NCBI RefSeq assembly: GCF_963921235.1
Contig: NC_086118.1
Coordinates: 27,654,001-27,718,000 of the forward strand
Origin: Mobula hypostoma
Lineage: Eukaryota
Direction of reading: 5' to 3'
DNA length: 64,000 nt
The notes under the pieces were generated by a model. The model saw only the letters and a list, made by a program, of their open reading frames with translations, made no database searches and had not been told where the DNA came from. Shown piece after piece: positions 25,401 through 37,400 of this stretch. The position numbers and the translations under genes were made by a program. Position 1 is the stretch's first letter; every line of letters starts with the position of its first letter.

Positions 25401-26515
25401 GGAATGAAACTAGCATGGATAGAAGACTGGCTGACTGGCAGGAGGTAAAGAGTCAGAATAAAGGAAGACTTTTCTGGTTAGCTGCCAGTGACTAGTGGTG
25501 TGCTGCAGGGGCTGGCATTGGTACTGCCGCTTTATATATTTTACATCACTGATATGAGTGAAAGAATTGATTGCTTTGTGGCCAAGTTTGCAGATGGGAC
25601 TAAGATAGATGGAGGGGTCGGTAGTGTTGAGGAAGCAGGAAGACTGTAGAAGGATTTAGACTGATTGGGAGAATGGGCAACGAAGTGACGGATGGAATAT
25701 GATGTAGCGAAGTGCATGGTCATGCACTTTTAGAGTAGGAATAAATGTGTGGACTATTTTCTAAATGGGGAGAAAATTCAAACATCAGAGACACCAAAGT
25801 GACATGGGAGTTATTATGCAGGATTCCCTAAAGGTTAATTTGTAGGTTGATTTGATGGTAAGGAAAGCAAACGCATTTAGCATTCATTTTAAAAGGACTA
25901 GAATACAAAAGCAAGGATATGATGCTGAGGCTTTATAAGGTCTTGGTCTAACTGCACTTGGAATATTGTGATCCGTTTTGGGCTCCTTATCTGAGAAAAG
26001 ATGTGCTGGCATTGGACAGGGTGCAGTGGAGGTTCACAAGAATGATCCCAGGAAGGAAAGATTTAACATATGGGGAGCGTTTGATGGCTCTGGGCTTGAT
26101 GGCTCACTGGAGTTTAGAAGAATTGGTGGGGATCTCATTGAAACTTGTCAAATATTGTAAGGTCTAGATAGTGTGGATGTGGAGAAGATGTTTCCTGTAG
26201 TGGGGAGTCTAGGACCAGAAGACACAACTTTAGGACAGAGGGACAATCAGTCAGAACAAAGATGAGAAAACATTTCTTCAGCCAGAGGGTGGTGAATCTA
26301 TGGAATTCATTGACACATATGGCTGTGCAGGCTAAAGCATTGGACTTTTTTAAGATGGAGGTTGATAGGTTCCTGATTAATCAGGGTATCAAAAGTTACC
26401 GGGAGTTTCTTGAGAATGAGGTTTATAGGGATATTAAATCAGCCATGATGGAATGGTGGAGCAGACTCGATGGGCTAAGTGGGCTAATTCAGTTTCTATG
26501 CCATGGTCTTATGGT
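22455..26515 (+). mobile_element. CR1 LINE (ORF1 esterase part plus ORF2), decayed, with internal deletion and Rex1-like insert
   Basis: MVCCLPGARARD..GTND (ORF1); endonuclease and RT remnants; FFSQRVVNLWNSL; ggtcttatggt tail. Confidence 0.85.
23105..23740 (+). mobile_element. Rex1-like 3' fragment with an inverted copy of a related 3' end inside (~23246..23412)
   Basis: catcagagacccccaccacccaggcc; tail gataataaatttactttgaactttga; its reverse complement tcaaagttcatagtaaatttgttatcaa at ~23263. Confidence 0.6.
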
Positions 26516-27624
26516 ATAAAATCAGTTTCTGATAATATAAAGGAGGTGGAATATTTGTGCGTATGCTCATATTTATGCTTTTTAGTTATGCTATAAGTAA
26601 GCTGTAAATATATCACAATATATACAAATTGATTCTTTTTAGTTATTATTCAATTTTAAAGTGATTTTTTAGTTTTCATTGTTGTTTAGCAAAATCTGCA
26701 TTTTCAGTTATTAAAAGCTTCAAGCAACTTTCTTTTCATGTAATAAGTTGGCCGCAATTCTGAATAATATCTGCACATTCAAAGCTGCCCACTGCTGCCT
26801 ATTTTTCTTCCTTTCCTGAGTTCCCCTGTAATATCACTACAAGCATATTCTATTACATGTTAACAAACAAACATGATTGTTCAGTGCTCGAGGTGTAATA
26901 GGCAATTGTTTTTTAAAATTTATTCTGAGACAATATAAAATATATTATTGGTATAGAGTTTAACGGGTCTATAAAAAGATTCACTCTTATCATGTCTTTA
27001 GTGATGCCTTTTAGTTGTTATTGGCTGAAAGGAAATTATAGCTCCCTGTTTAGTTTGCTGCCATCTAAAATAAGCAGAATTTCAATATGTTCTCGCTCCT
27101 GTGTTAAGATATTTGCTAGAGTTTATGCCTAATACAGAACTACTTTTAGAAGAATGGGAAGAAATTTCATTGAAATGCACAAATTCTTTTGTGGTTTGAT
27201 GTGGTAGATCAGGGAAAATGTTTTACCAAGGATCACAGTATCCACGTACCGTGAAACGAGGGAAGTTTCATTTTCCCTGTAAGTAGTAAATCTTTGAAAT
27301 GCTGTCCTCTAGAGGGCTGTGGAGACTCAGTCAGCACAGTTAAAGAAAAGATATCCACAGATTTTTAGATTTTTGAAGATACCAAGGGATGAGTGTTTTG
27401 CAGAAAAGATTGACCATGATATTGAATAGTGGAGGGGAAATGTTGGGGACTGAAATACCCACTTCTGCTTCTCTTTGGTCCTTACATTTTTAACCCATCT
27501 CCTTAAACGGAGATGGAGAAATTGAGAAAATGGAGCAGCAAGTCTGGCAGAGACCGTTTGAAAGTGAGGGCAAAGTGCAGATGCGCAGCAAAGGAGATGG
27601 TCTTTTCAAGGTGAGGTAGTAAAT

Positions 27625-28690
27625 TGGATTAGACATTGCTTTGTGGGGGAAGCCAGAGAGGGTAGTGGTAGAGGGTTGCTTCTCCAACTGAAGGTCTATG
27701 ACTAGTGGTGTGCTGCAAGGATCGGTGCTGGGTCCTTTGTTGTTTGTCATCTAGATCAATGATCTGGATGAAAATGTGGTTAACTAAATCAGCAGATTTG
27801 CAGATGACACCAAGTCGGCATGGACAGTGAGGAAGGCTATCGTGGCTTGCCAAGGGATCTGCATCAGCTGGAAAAATAGGCTGAAAAATGGTAGTTGGAA
27901 TTTAATGCAGGTAAGTGTGAGGTTTTGCACTTCGGTTTGTAAGACTAACCTGGGTAGGTCATACACAGGACACTGAGGAGTGTGGTAGAACAAAGGGATC
28001 TGGGAATACAGGTCCATAACTCGTTGAAAGTGGTGTCACAGGTATATAGGGCCATAAAGAGAGCTTTTGGTACATTGGTTTTCATATATCAATGTTCTGA
28101 GTACAGGAGATGGGATATTATGTTGAAGTTGTATAATACGTTGGTGAGGCCTCATTTGGAGTATCGTGTGCAGTTGCGGTCACCTACCTACTGGAAAGTT
28201 GTAAACAAGTTTGAAAGAGTATAGATCAAATTTACAAGGATGTTGCTGGCTTTGGAGGACCTGAGCTATATGGAAAGATTGAATAGGTTAGGTCCATATT
28301 CCTTAGAATGTAGAAGATTGAGAGGAGACTTTTTGATGGAGATATACAAAATTATGAGGGGGTACAGACGGGGTAAATTCAGGCAGGCTTTTTCCACTGA
28401 GGTTGGGTGGGATTATGACCCAAGGTCATGGGCTAAGAGTGAGGGGAACTTTTTCACTCAGAGGGTAGTGAGAGTGTGCAGTGGGCTGCCAGTGCAAGTA
28501 ATGCATGGGAGCACAATTTTAATGTTTAAGAGAAGTTTGGATAGGTACATGGATAGTAGGGGAATGGAGGGCTATAGTCCTAGTGCAAGTCGATAGGATT
28601 AGGCAGTTTGAATAGTTTTGGCATGTACTAGATGGACCAAAGGGTCTATTTCTGTGCTGTACTACACAATGACTCTATGACTCAATGACT
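27625..28690 (+). mobile_element. CR1 RT/3' fragment
   Basis: SGVLQGSVLGP, FADDTK, LVRPHLEY; (gactctat)n-type tail. Confidence 0.85.
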
Positions 28691-28908
28691 TTCTGAGAGC
28701 TGTGTGAGAATAGAAAGTGGAACTAATACAGTCATGAATGTGTTGTAGAGAGTCATGTCTTCTTCTTATGACAGTATGGGCTTCCTCTATGTGTTCTGAT
28801 TTCCTCCCTTAACACAAGGCAATGCCAGCTGTAGGTAAACTGGTCAATGTTAATTGCCCCTGATGTGCAGGTGAGTGGCAGAATCTGGAAAGGAGCTTAT
28901 AAGGATTT

Positions 28909-29334
28909 ATTACTCTCTTCCCATTATACCGCTGGGATTTAGGGCAACAATGAAGGTCCTTCATCTCTGGTGGTGTTCAGGACTTCCTTCATCATGTCAG
29001 TAGCTTCCTCTCATTTTTCACTACTATTAGTCATGGCAGTCCCAGGTGGAGACTCGGGAGTATGATGGCACTCAGATGTAGAACAATTCTCCATTGCTGC
29101 TTCTGTAACAATTCTGTTTTACCAGTCAGTGTTGTTAGCTCTGAGCTGAACCCTTGAACTTGGAGGACTGGTGGACCGCTCTTAGTCTGGCCTCTACCCT
29201 TTAACCTGTTTGACATGGGTGACCCTGCCAAGAGCCAAAGCATGAAGTTCTGATTCCAGCCAACATAGCTCTTCAGGTCATTGAGCAACATAAGCCTCCA
29301 AGCCACGACGAAGGTGTGGTTCTGTTGGAGGTGG
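28909..29334 (-). mobile_element. Short bipartite RTE-derived non-autonomous element inserted in a V-SINE-like copy
   Basis: 5' part resembles RTE/BovB 5' UTRs (accac..ccttcgtcgtgg..gggtcacccatg..ggtccac); short (TAA) tail; imperfect TSD taaggattt (28900..28908) / tagggattt (29335..29343). Confidence 0.6.
29173..29331 (-). ncRNA. Candidate HDV-like ribozyme fold (partly degenerate)
   Basis: P1 CCTCCAA/TTGGAGG, P3-L3 ACC-TTCGTCGT-GGC, J4/2-like CTAA, P2 GAACCAC/GCGGTCC with 2 mismatches. Confidence 0.45.
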
Positions 29335-30071
29335 TAGGGATTTGGGGAACAATAGATTTTATTTGCTTAGCATTAGTGTAAAATGGTTGGCTTAGACTCA
29401 ATGTGCTGACTGGCATGTTCTCTTGTTCTATGTTTCTATGAATTTATGACTATCACTTCAATGACTTTGAAACATTGGCTTCTATTTCATGCATAGAAAA
29501 AAATAACCACCAAATTTTCTTTTTCTTCTCTTTTAAATTATCATTCTTCTCTTTTAAATTAAATTGGGTTAATTTAAATTAACACAAATTAACATCAGAG
29601 ATGATTGGGCACTATTGTGATAACTTGGCATAAACAAACTGAGGGTGATCTTATAAGAGATAGTACTAGTGGATAGTAATTTTCAGTTTACACAACTAGT
29701 GAAGTACTGGGTACTGTGGACTAAATCAACAAGCTGTCCCTGGCAATTTCTGACCTATTGTTGAATACATAAAGCCAGAAATGTTTGTCGACTTCTTTTT
29801 GAACTTGGGTAGATTGGTGATAGACTTATCATTAAAGTTCCTGTAGTTGGTAAAGTAATTCACCAGTGATCCACTACACAATCCAGAATTTTACAGTTTG
29901 TGCAACCAGAAAAAAACGATTTTAAACAGTCTTATCAGAAGTGGAAGATATCAAACATTCTCTTTAGCAGCAAACATTTACTTTTGCAGTTGCAAAATTT
30001 CAGTTCTTAAGAATCTCATTATTGCAGGAAAATAACAAAATTATGAAATTAACAATGCCCATATTTAAGCA

Positions 30072-30155
30072 GCACACACAAAATGCTGGAGGAACTCAGC
30101 AGGCCAGGCAGCATCTATGGAAAAAAGAACAGTCGACATTTTGGGCTGAAACGTT
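30072..30155 (-). mobile_element. Penelope-like terminal fragment
   Basis: cacacaaaatgctggaggaactcagcaggccaggcagcatc..agtcgac. Confidence 0.7.
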
Positions 30156-30547
30156 CCCATATTTTCCTGTTTTATATTTAATTTTCTGTATAATGTTTAG
30201 TATTGAATTAATTTATCTGATTTATGCCTTATGGCTTAGACTTTATTAGAAAATATTCTCCAATCTAATTGGTTGAAGAGACAAGCCACAGTTATGTATC
30301 TTTTTATTGGAAGTCTGTCAGGAAACATCTGTGATCTGTGAGCAGTTGAAAGATCAATGAATATTAACTACAAAACCTGCACTAATAAGTAAGAATGTAG
30401 TCAGCTGCATTGCAATGTTCTGATCTTCTTAATAAAATACTCTATAACAAATATTTCAAAACGTTTAGCAGATTTGGAACATCGTCACTTTATGGAATTT
30501 ATATTTTTGGAAATTTTAATTGGTGAGCAGTCTAAGCTATGATCATT

Positions 30548-31042
30548 AAACGCAAACACGAGGAAATCTGCAGATGCTAGAATTTCAAGCAACACACAGA
30601 AAAGTTGCTGGTGAACGCAGCAGGCCAGGCAGCATTTATAGGAAGAGGTACAGTCGACGTTTCGGGCCGAGACCCTTCGTCAAGACTAACTGAAAGAAGA
30701 GATTTGAGAGGGGAAGGTCCAAAATGATAGGAGAAGACAGGAGGGGGAGGGATGGAGCTAAGAGCTGCAAAGTTGATTGGCAAAGGGGATATGAGAGGAT
30801 CATGGGACAGGAGGCCCAGGGAGAAAGAAAAGGGGGAGGGGGGGAACCCAGAGGATGGGCAAGCAGTATAGTGAGAGGGACAGAGGGAGAAAAAGGAGCG
30901 AGAGAGAGAGAGAGAGAGAGAGAATTAATAATAATTAAAAAAAAATAAATGATGGATGGGGTATGAAGGGGAGGGAGGCATTAATGGAAGTTGGAGAAGT
31001 CAATGTTCATGCCATCAGGTTGGAGGCTACCCAGACGGAATA
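30548..31042 (-). mobile_element. Penelope-like element 3' fragment with near-intact hammerhead (30652..30687)
   Basis: Colinear with 57534..57990; hammerhead reads AGTC-TTGACGA-AGGGTCTCGGCCC-GAAACGTC-GACT. Confidence 0.85.
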
Positions 31043-31701
31043 GATCGGTTAAGTTGATGCACTGCAACTAAATGCTATTTTATATTACTCCAGTTCACTG
31101 TTCAGGTCGGAGTACATATAATTGCTTGGAGCAGATATCATTGAGTGCATGGAAAAGCCAAGGTGGATTTGAATACTAACTTATGGATGATAAACCTTTT
31201 CATTGTTAATTTTGTTAAACCCTTTGCATATTTTGCAGGACAACATGATTAAAATATGGAAGACTTGATCCATTTTTACAGGGCTCAGTGACACCAGGTG
31301 ACCCTGAAGCTAAAGAATAATATACTTAACTTTGAGTTGCTGGGGATTTAGACTTAAAGGACTGATTCTTATAATAAAGAGTTTGCTCTATGACAGATTA
31401 AGGTCGGCCTGTGAGACAGAGAAAGAGTTTAAAAAGTGAGCAGATTGAGAAGGGGAGGTAATTTCTTCGGCAGTTTGAATGCGGCACGACTGCGCAGGTG
31501 CATGAAAGTCGGCCTGTGAGACAGTGGGAGAGTTTAAAAAGTGAGCAGATTAACAGAGCAGGCGATGGAGTAGTGGGAGACAGAGTAGGAAGTCTTTGGC
31601 TTGACAGGCTTCGACGAGCAGAGGCTGAGGACGAGCTTGCTCCCAGTGAGGTAAGGCCGGGTAAGTTCCTTTAATTAATCTAATTAACTTAGGAGTAGGT
31701 A

Positions 31702-32463
31702 ATGGAGGCAGCAGTTAGGGCAGTCGAGTGCTCCGTTTGCAGTACGTGGGAAGTCAGGGCGAGCACAATTGTCCCTGATGACTACACCTGTAAAAATTGC
31801 ATCCAGCTGCAGCTCCTGACAAACCGAGTTGGGGAACTGGAGCTGGAGCTGGATGAACTTTGGATCATTCGTGAGGCAGAGGCAGAAATAGACAGGAGTT
31901 TCAGGGAGATAGTCACCCCTAAAAGTCAGAAGGCAGGTATCTGGGTGACTGTCAGGAGAGGGAAGGGGAATAGACAGAATGAGCGGAGAACCCCTGTGGC
32001 CGTTCCCATCAGTAATAAGTTTACCGTTTTGGATACTGTTGGTGGGGACAACCTATGAGGGACAAGTTTCAGTGGTCATGTCTCTGGCACGGAGACGGGA
32101 CCGTCAGCTCAGAAGGGAAGGCGGGAAAAGAGGAGAGCAGTAGTGATAGGGGATTCGATAGTTAGGGGGACAGGTAAGAGGTTCTGTGGGAGAGATCGAG
32201 AATCCCGGATGGTCTGTTGCCTCCCTGGTGCTAGGGTCCGCGATATCTCAGATCGAGTTCTCAGTATTCTCAAGAGGGAGAGTGAGCAGCCAGATGTTGT
32301 GGTCCATGTAGGGACCAATGACATGGATAGAAAGGAGGAGGAGGTCCTGCAAAGAGAGTTTAGAACAGGTCCTGCAAAGTTGAAGGACAGGACCTCCAGG
32401 GTTGCAGTCTAAGGATTGCTACCCATGCCACGTGCTAGTGAGGCTAGAAATAGGAAGATAATG
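31702..32463 (+). pseudogene. CR1 ORF1 (zinc finger/leucine zipper plus SGNH esterase), with stops; continues after 35031
   Basis: ORF track 31702..32058 and 32143..32412. Confidence 0.85.
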
Positions 32464-33000
32464 TGTCGTGGTTTCTCGTTTCTCACAAACGACAAGGAGA
32501 CGCAGAGAACTCGTCAAGACATCTTAAACTTTAATTTACAAATCAGAGCTGAGACAATCAGAAAGCTAATAGCTGGCTGCCCATCGAGGCTTGTATACAA
32601 CATTTTTTATAGCAATTTCCTATCTTAGCTACATTATCATATCTAGTCGGCCTGTGATTACATATCATCAATATATCTGCTCTCAACTTTCCACTATTGT
32701 TTTACTCCCCAACTTAATTATGTCCTAGTTTACATTTTAGACCAGGTGTCCTCTCATCCCTAACCACAGTTATTTCTTAATTAGTCTTGTGTTGATATAC
32801 TGCCACATATTTCATCACCTTACTCGCCACCGTTATCTTTCTACTTGGTTTCATTCTTGTTCTCTTCATGAATTAATAGTGATTAGGTCAAAAGTCATGG
32901 CTACATAGTGAATACCTTCTATTCAGCTAGCAGTGGTTACATAGTAAATATAGAAAATACAATGTGTGCATTTGAGTAAATACCGTAATACATAGAAAAT

Positions 33001-34025
33001 GTTGTTGTTGTTGTTGTTCGTCCTTCATAGTCGAAGATGACCATGGCTTCAAAGTCAAATGGGAGATTGGTGGCTGTGGGTCCGGAGGTGACTGATGAGG
33101 CCAATCCGGGCCCTGAAGGCTCGCCCACATGTGGGACACAAGTGGGTGGGTGCTGTCGTGGCAGTGGATGCTGCTCGGGCCTTGCGCACAGCACGCTTTC
33201 GTTGCCCCTCGATGACGCGCCTGACTTCAGCTGCACGGGCTCCTGTGGTGATCTTGCTGCGCCAAGCTGGACGGTCGAGGGCAAGCGTCTCCCACGTGTT
33301 GATGTCGACACCCAGGCCTTTGAGGGACGCTTTCAGGCAGTCTTTGTAACGTTTCTTCTGCGCCCCGACTGAGCGCTTGCCCTGACACAGTTCTCCGTAC
33401 AGCAGCTGCTTAGGCAATTGGCTGTCTGGCATTCTGACCACATGTCCAGCCCACCTGGCTTGGGCTTTCAGCAGGAGGGTGTAGTCGGTGCAGAGCCCAG
33501 CTCATTCCAGGATTTCCGTGTCAGGGACTTTGTCCTGCCACCTGATGTGGAGGAGTCTGCGGAGACAGCTCAGGTGAAAGTGGTTGAGCTGTTTGGCGTG
33601 TCTGCTGTAGACAGTCCAGGTCTCGCTGGCGTAAAGGAGGGTGGTAAGGACCACTGCACAGTAGACCTTCAGCTTGGTGGTAAGGCTGAGTCCTCTCCAC
33701 TCCCAGACGTTCTCATGGAGTCTCCCAAAGGCGGCGCTGGCTTTGGCAATCCTGTTGTTGACCTCAGCGTCTATGTTCACTGCACGAGAGAGTATGCTGC
33801 CCAGGTAGGTGAAGTTATCGGCTGCCTGGAGGTTCTGGCCCTTCACCGTGATGCGCGGCTCCTGGTATGGCTTTTTGGGGCAGGCTGGTACATAACTTCA
33901 GTCTTTTTGGTGCTGATAGTGAGACCGAAGTTGTTGCAGGCTTGTGAGAAGCAGTCCATTTCACGCTGCATCTCCTGCTCTGTGCTGGCATTGAGTGCAC
34001 AGTCATCAGCAAACAACAAGTCTCT
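33001..34025 (-). mobile_element. RTE-clade LINE 3' fragment with (CAA)n tail
   Basis: FTYLGS..RIAKASAAFGRL..LLYASETW; RMPDSQLPKQLLYGEL..CPTC..SHLRTH C-terminal zinc finger; 6-bp TSD GAAAAT at 32995..33000 and 34026..34031. Confidence 0.9.
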
Positions 34026-34451
34026 GAAAATACAATGTATGCGTTTACATTTTCCAATATAATTTAATTTTCCTTCCCTGCCTGTTCAGACCTTCGTTTC
34101 GTGCGAAGCGGTATCCACAGGGACTTACCAACACCACGTGGAATTTTCTTACTTATTATTACTTTATTCGTCCTTACCCCCACTGCCGTGCTCTTGATTA
34201 ATCCTCTGAGCCTCCTTTTATCCCCAATTCTGCCAGATTCTTTGGATTGGAGAGACCCTTTGGCAGTTACTTCACACTTCTGAGTCCCCGAGACCCCCCA
34301 AAACCAACAGAATTCTTAGTCTGAATTATCGCAAAAAGAGCTCACCTTTTTTTCTTTGGGTGCACCCTTAATTCTGTTAGCCCCGTGAGGACCCCCGATG
34401 GAACGGGAAGCGTCCCAATCTGCTGTTCCCTTCCTCGCGGGTCTCTATCCG

Positions 34452-34469
34452 ATCCTGTTCGTGATGCCA
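34452..34469 (-). other. Primer-binding site, tRNA-Ser(CGA)-like
   Basis: Minus strand TGGCATCACGAACAGGAT, 4 nt inside the 5' LTR; one mismatch to the vertebrate tRNA-Ser(CGA) 3' end ATCCTGTTCGTGACGCCA as recalled. Confidence 0.75.
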
Positions 34470-37400
34470 ATTTTGTCATGGTTTCTCATTTCTCACAAAC
34501 GACAAGGAGACGCAGAGAACTCGTCAAGACATTTTAAACTTTAATTTGCAAATCAAAGCTGTGACAATCAGAAAGCTAGTAGCTGACTGCCCATCGAGGC
34601 TTGTATACAACATTTTTTATAGCAATTTCCTATCTTAGCTACACTATCATATCCAGTCGGCCTGTGATTACATATCATCAATATATCCGCTCTCAACTTT
34701 CCACTATTGTTTTACTCCCCAACTTAATTATGTCCTAGTTTACATTTTAGACCAGGTGTCCTCTCATCCCTAACCACAGTTATTTCTTAATTAGTCTTGT
34801 GTTGATATACTGCCACATATTTCATCACCTTACTCGCCACCGTTATCTTTCATTCTAGTTCTCTTCATGAATTAATAGTGAACAGGTTAAAAGTCATGGC
34901 TACATAGTGAATACCTTCTATTCAGCTAGCAGTGGTTACATAGTAAATATAGAAAATACAATGTGTGCATTTGAGTAAATACTGTAATACATAGAAAATA
35001 CAATGCATGCATTTACATTTTCCAATAAATGCAGCTAAATACGTGGCTAAGGAGTTGGTGCAGGAGGGAGGGCTTCATGTTTCTGAACAATTTGGCCTTT
35101 TTCCAGGGAAGGTGGGACCTGTTCCGACGGGACAGACATCCTTGCGGGAAGGTTTGCTAGAGCTGCTCTGGGGGGTTTAAACTAGATTTGCAGGGGGAGG
35201 GAATCAGAGTGTTAGAGCAGATAGTGAGGTGGAGGAAGATAAAGGTCATGCGAGAACTGCAAGTATAGTGCATGGAGTAAAGCCAGATCTAACATATAAA
35301 GAGGCTTTGAGGAAAGGGAAGCAGAAAAAAAAGGTGTAAAGATAATAAAGTAGAAGGGCAAAAGTGCGTGTACTTCAATGCAAGAAGCATCAGCAACAAA
35401 GGTGATGAACTGAAAGCTTGGATACATAAATGGAATTATGTTGTAGTGGCCATTACAGAGACTTGCTGGCACCAGGGCAGGAATGGATTCTCAATATTCC
35501 TGGATTTCAGTGCTTTAAAAGGGATAGGGAAGTTGGAAAAAGGGGAGGAGGGGTGGTATTACTGGTCAGGGATACTATTACAGCTACAGAAAGGGTGGGT
35601 AATGTGGCAGGATCCTCTTTTGAGTCAGTATGGGTGGAAGTCAGGAACAGGAAGGGAGAAGTTACTCTATTGGGAGTCTTCTATAGGCCCCCGGTAGCAG
35701 CAGAGATGCAGAGGAGCAGATTGGGAGGCAGATTTTGGAAAGGTGCAAAAATAACAGGGTTGTTATCATGGGTGACTTTAACTTCCCTAATATTGATTGG
35801 CACCTGATTAGTTCCAATGGTTTAGATGGGGCAGAGTTTGTTAAGTGTGTCCAGGACAGATTCCTGTCACAGTATGTTGACAGGCCGACTGGGGGAATGC
35901 CATACTAGATCTAGTATTAGGTAATGAACTGGGTCAGGTCACATATCTCTCAGTGGGTGAGCATCTGGAGGACAGTGACCACCGCTCCCTGGCCTTTAAC
36001 ATTATCATGGAAAAGGATAGAATCAGAGAGGACAGGAAAATTTTTAATTGGAGAAGGACAAATTATGAGGCTATAAGGCTAGAACTTGTGGGTGTGAATT
36101 GGGATGATGTTTTTGCAGGGAAATGTACTGTGGACACGTGGTTGATGTTTAGGGATCTCTTGCAGGATGTTAGAGATAAATTTGTCCTGGTGAGGAAGAT
36201 AAAGAAATGGTAGGGTGAAGGAACCATGGGCGACAGTGGAGGTGGAAAATCTAGTCAGGTGGAAGAAGGCATCATACATGAAGTTTCGGAAGCAAGGAGC
36301 AAATGGGTCTATTGAGGAATATAGAGTAGCAAGAAAGGAGCTTAAGAAGGGGGCATGAGAAGGCCTTGGCAAATAGGGTAAAGGAAGACCCTATGGCATT
36401 CTTCAATTATGTGAAGAACAAAAGGATGACAGGAGTGAAGGTAGGACCGATTAGAGATAAAGGTGGGAAGATGTGCCTGGAGGCTGTGGAAGTGAGCGAG
36501 GTCCTCAATGAATACTTCTCTTCGGTATTCACCAATGAGAGGGAACTTGATGATGGTGAGGACAATATGAGTGAGGTTGATGTTCTGGAGCATGTTGATA
36601 TTAAGGGAGAGGAGGTGTTGGAGTTGTTAAAATACATTAGGATGGATAAGTCCCTGGGGCCTGATGGAATATTCCCCAGGCTGCTCCACGAGGTGAGGGA
36701 AGAGATTGCTGAGCCTCTTGCTAGGATCTTTATGTCCTTGTTGTTCACGGGAATGGTACCGGAGGATTGGAGGGAGGCAAATGTTGTCCCCTTGTTCAAA
36801 AAAGGTAGTAGGAATAGTCCGGGTAATATAGACCAGTGAGCCTTACGTCTGTGGTGGGATAGCTGTTGGAAAAGATTCTTAGAGATAGGATCTATGGGCA
36901 TTTCGAGAATCATGGTCTGATCAGAGACAGTCAGCATGGCTTTGTGAAGGCAGATCATGTCAAACAAGCCTGATAGAGTTCTTTGAGGAGGTGACCGGGC
37001 ATATAGATGAGGGTACTGCAGTGGATGTGAGCTACATGGATTTTAGTAAGGCATTTGACAAGGTTCCACATGGTAGACTTATTCAGAAAGTCGGAAGGCA
37101 TGGGATCCAGGGAAATTTGGTTAGGTGGATTCAGAAATGACTTGCCTGCAGAAGGCAGAGGGTGATGGTGGAGGGAGTACATTTGGGATTGGAGGTTTGT
37201 GACTAGTGGTGTCCCACAAGGATCTGTTCTGGGATCTCTACTTTTCATGAATTTTATTAACGACCTGGGTGTGGGGGTAGAAAAGTGGGTTGGCAAGTTT
37301 GCAGACGACACAAGGGTTGGTGGTGTTGTGGATAGTGTAGAGAATTGTTGAAGATTGCAGAGAGATATTGATAGGATGCAGAAGTGGGCTGAGAAGTCGC

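Larger units (their letters stand above)
32464..35027 (-). mobile_element. Miniature non-autonomous LTR retroelement: 5' LTR 34474..35027, 3' LTR 32464..34059 (RTE-interrupted), 414-bp internal region
   Basis: Two ~555-bp direct repeats; 4-bp TSD AATG at 32460..32463 and 35028..35031; PBS and polypurine tract in minus orientation. Confidence 0.9.
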
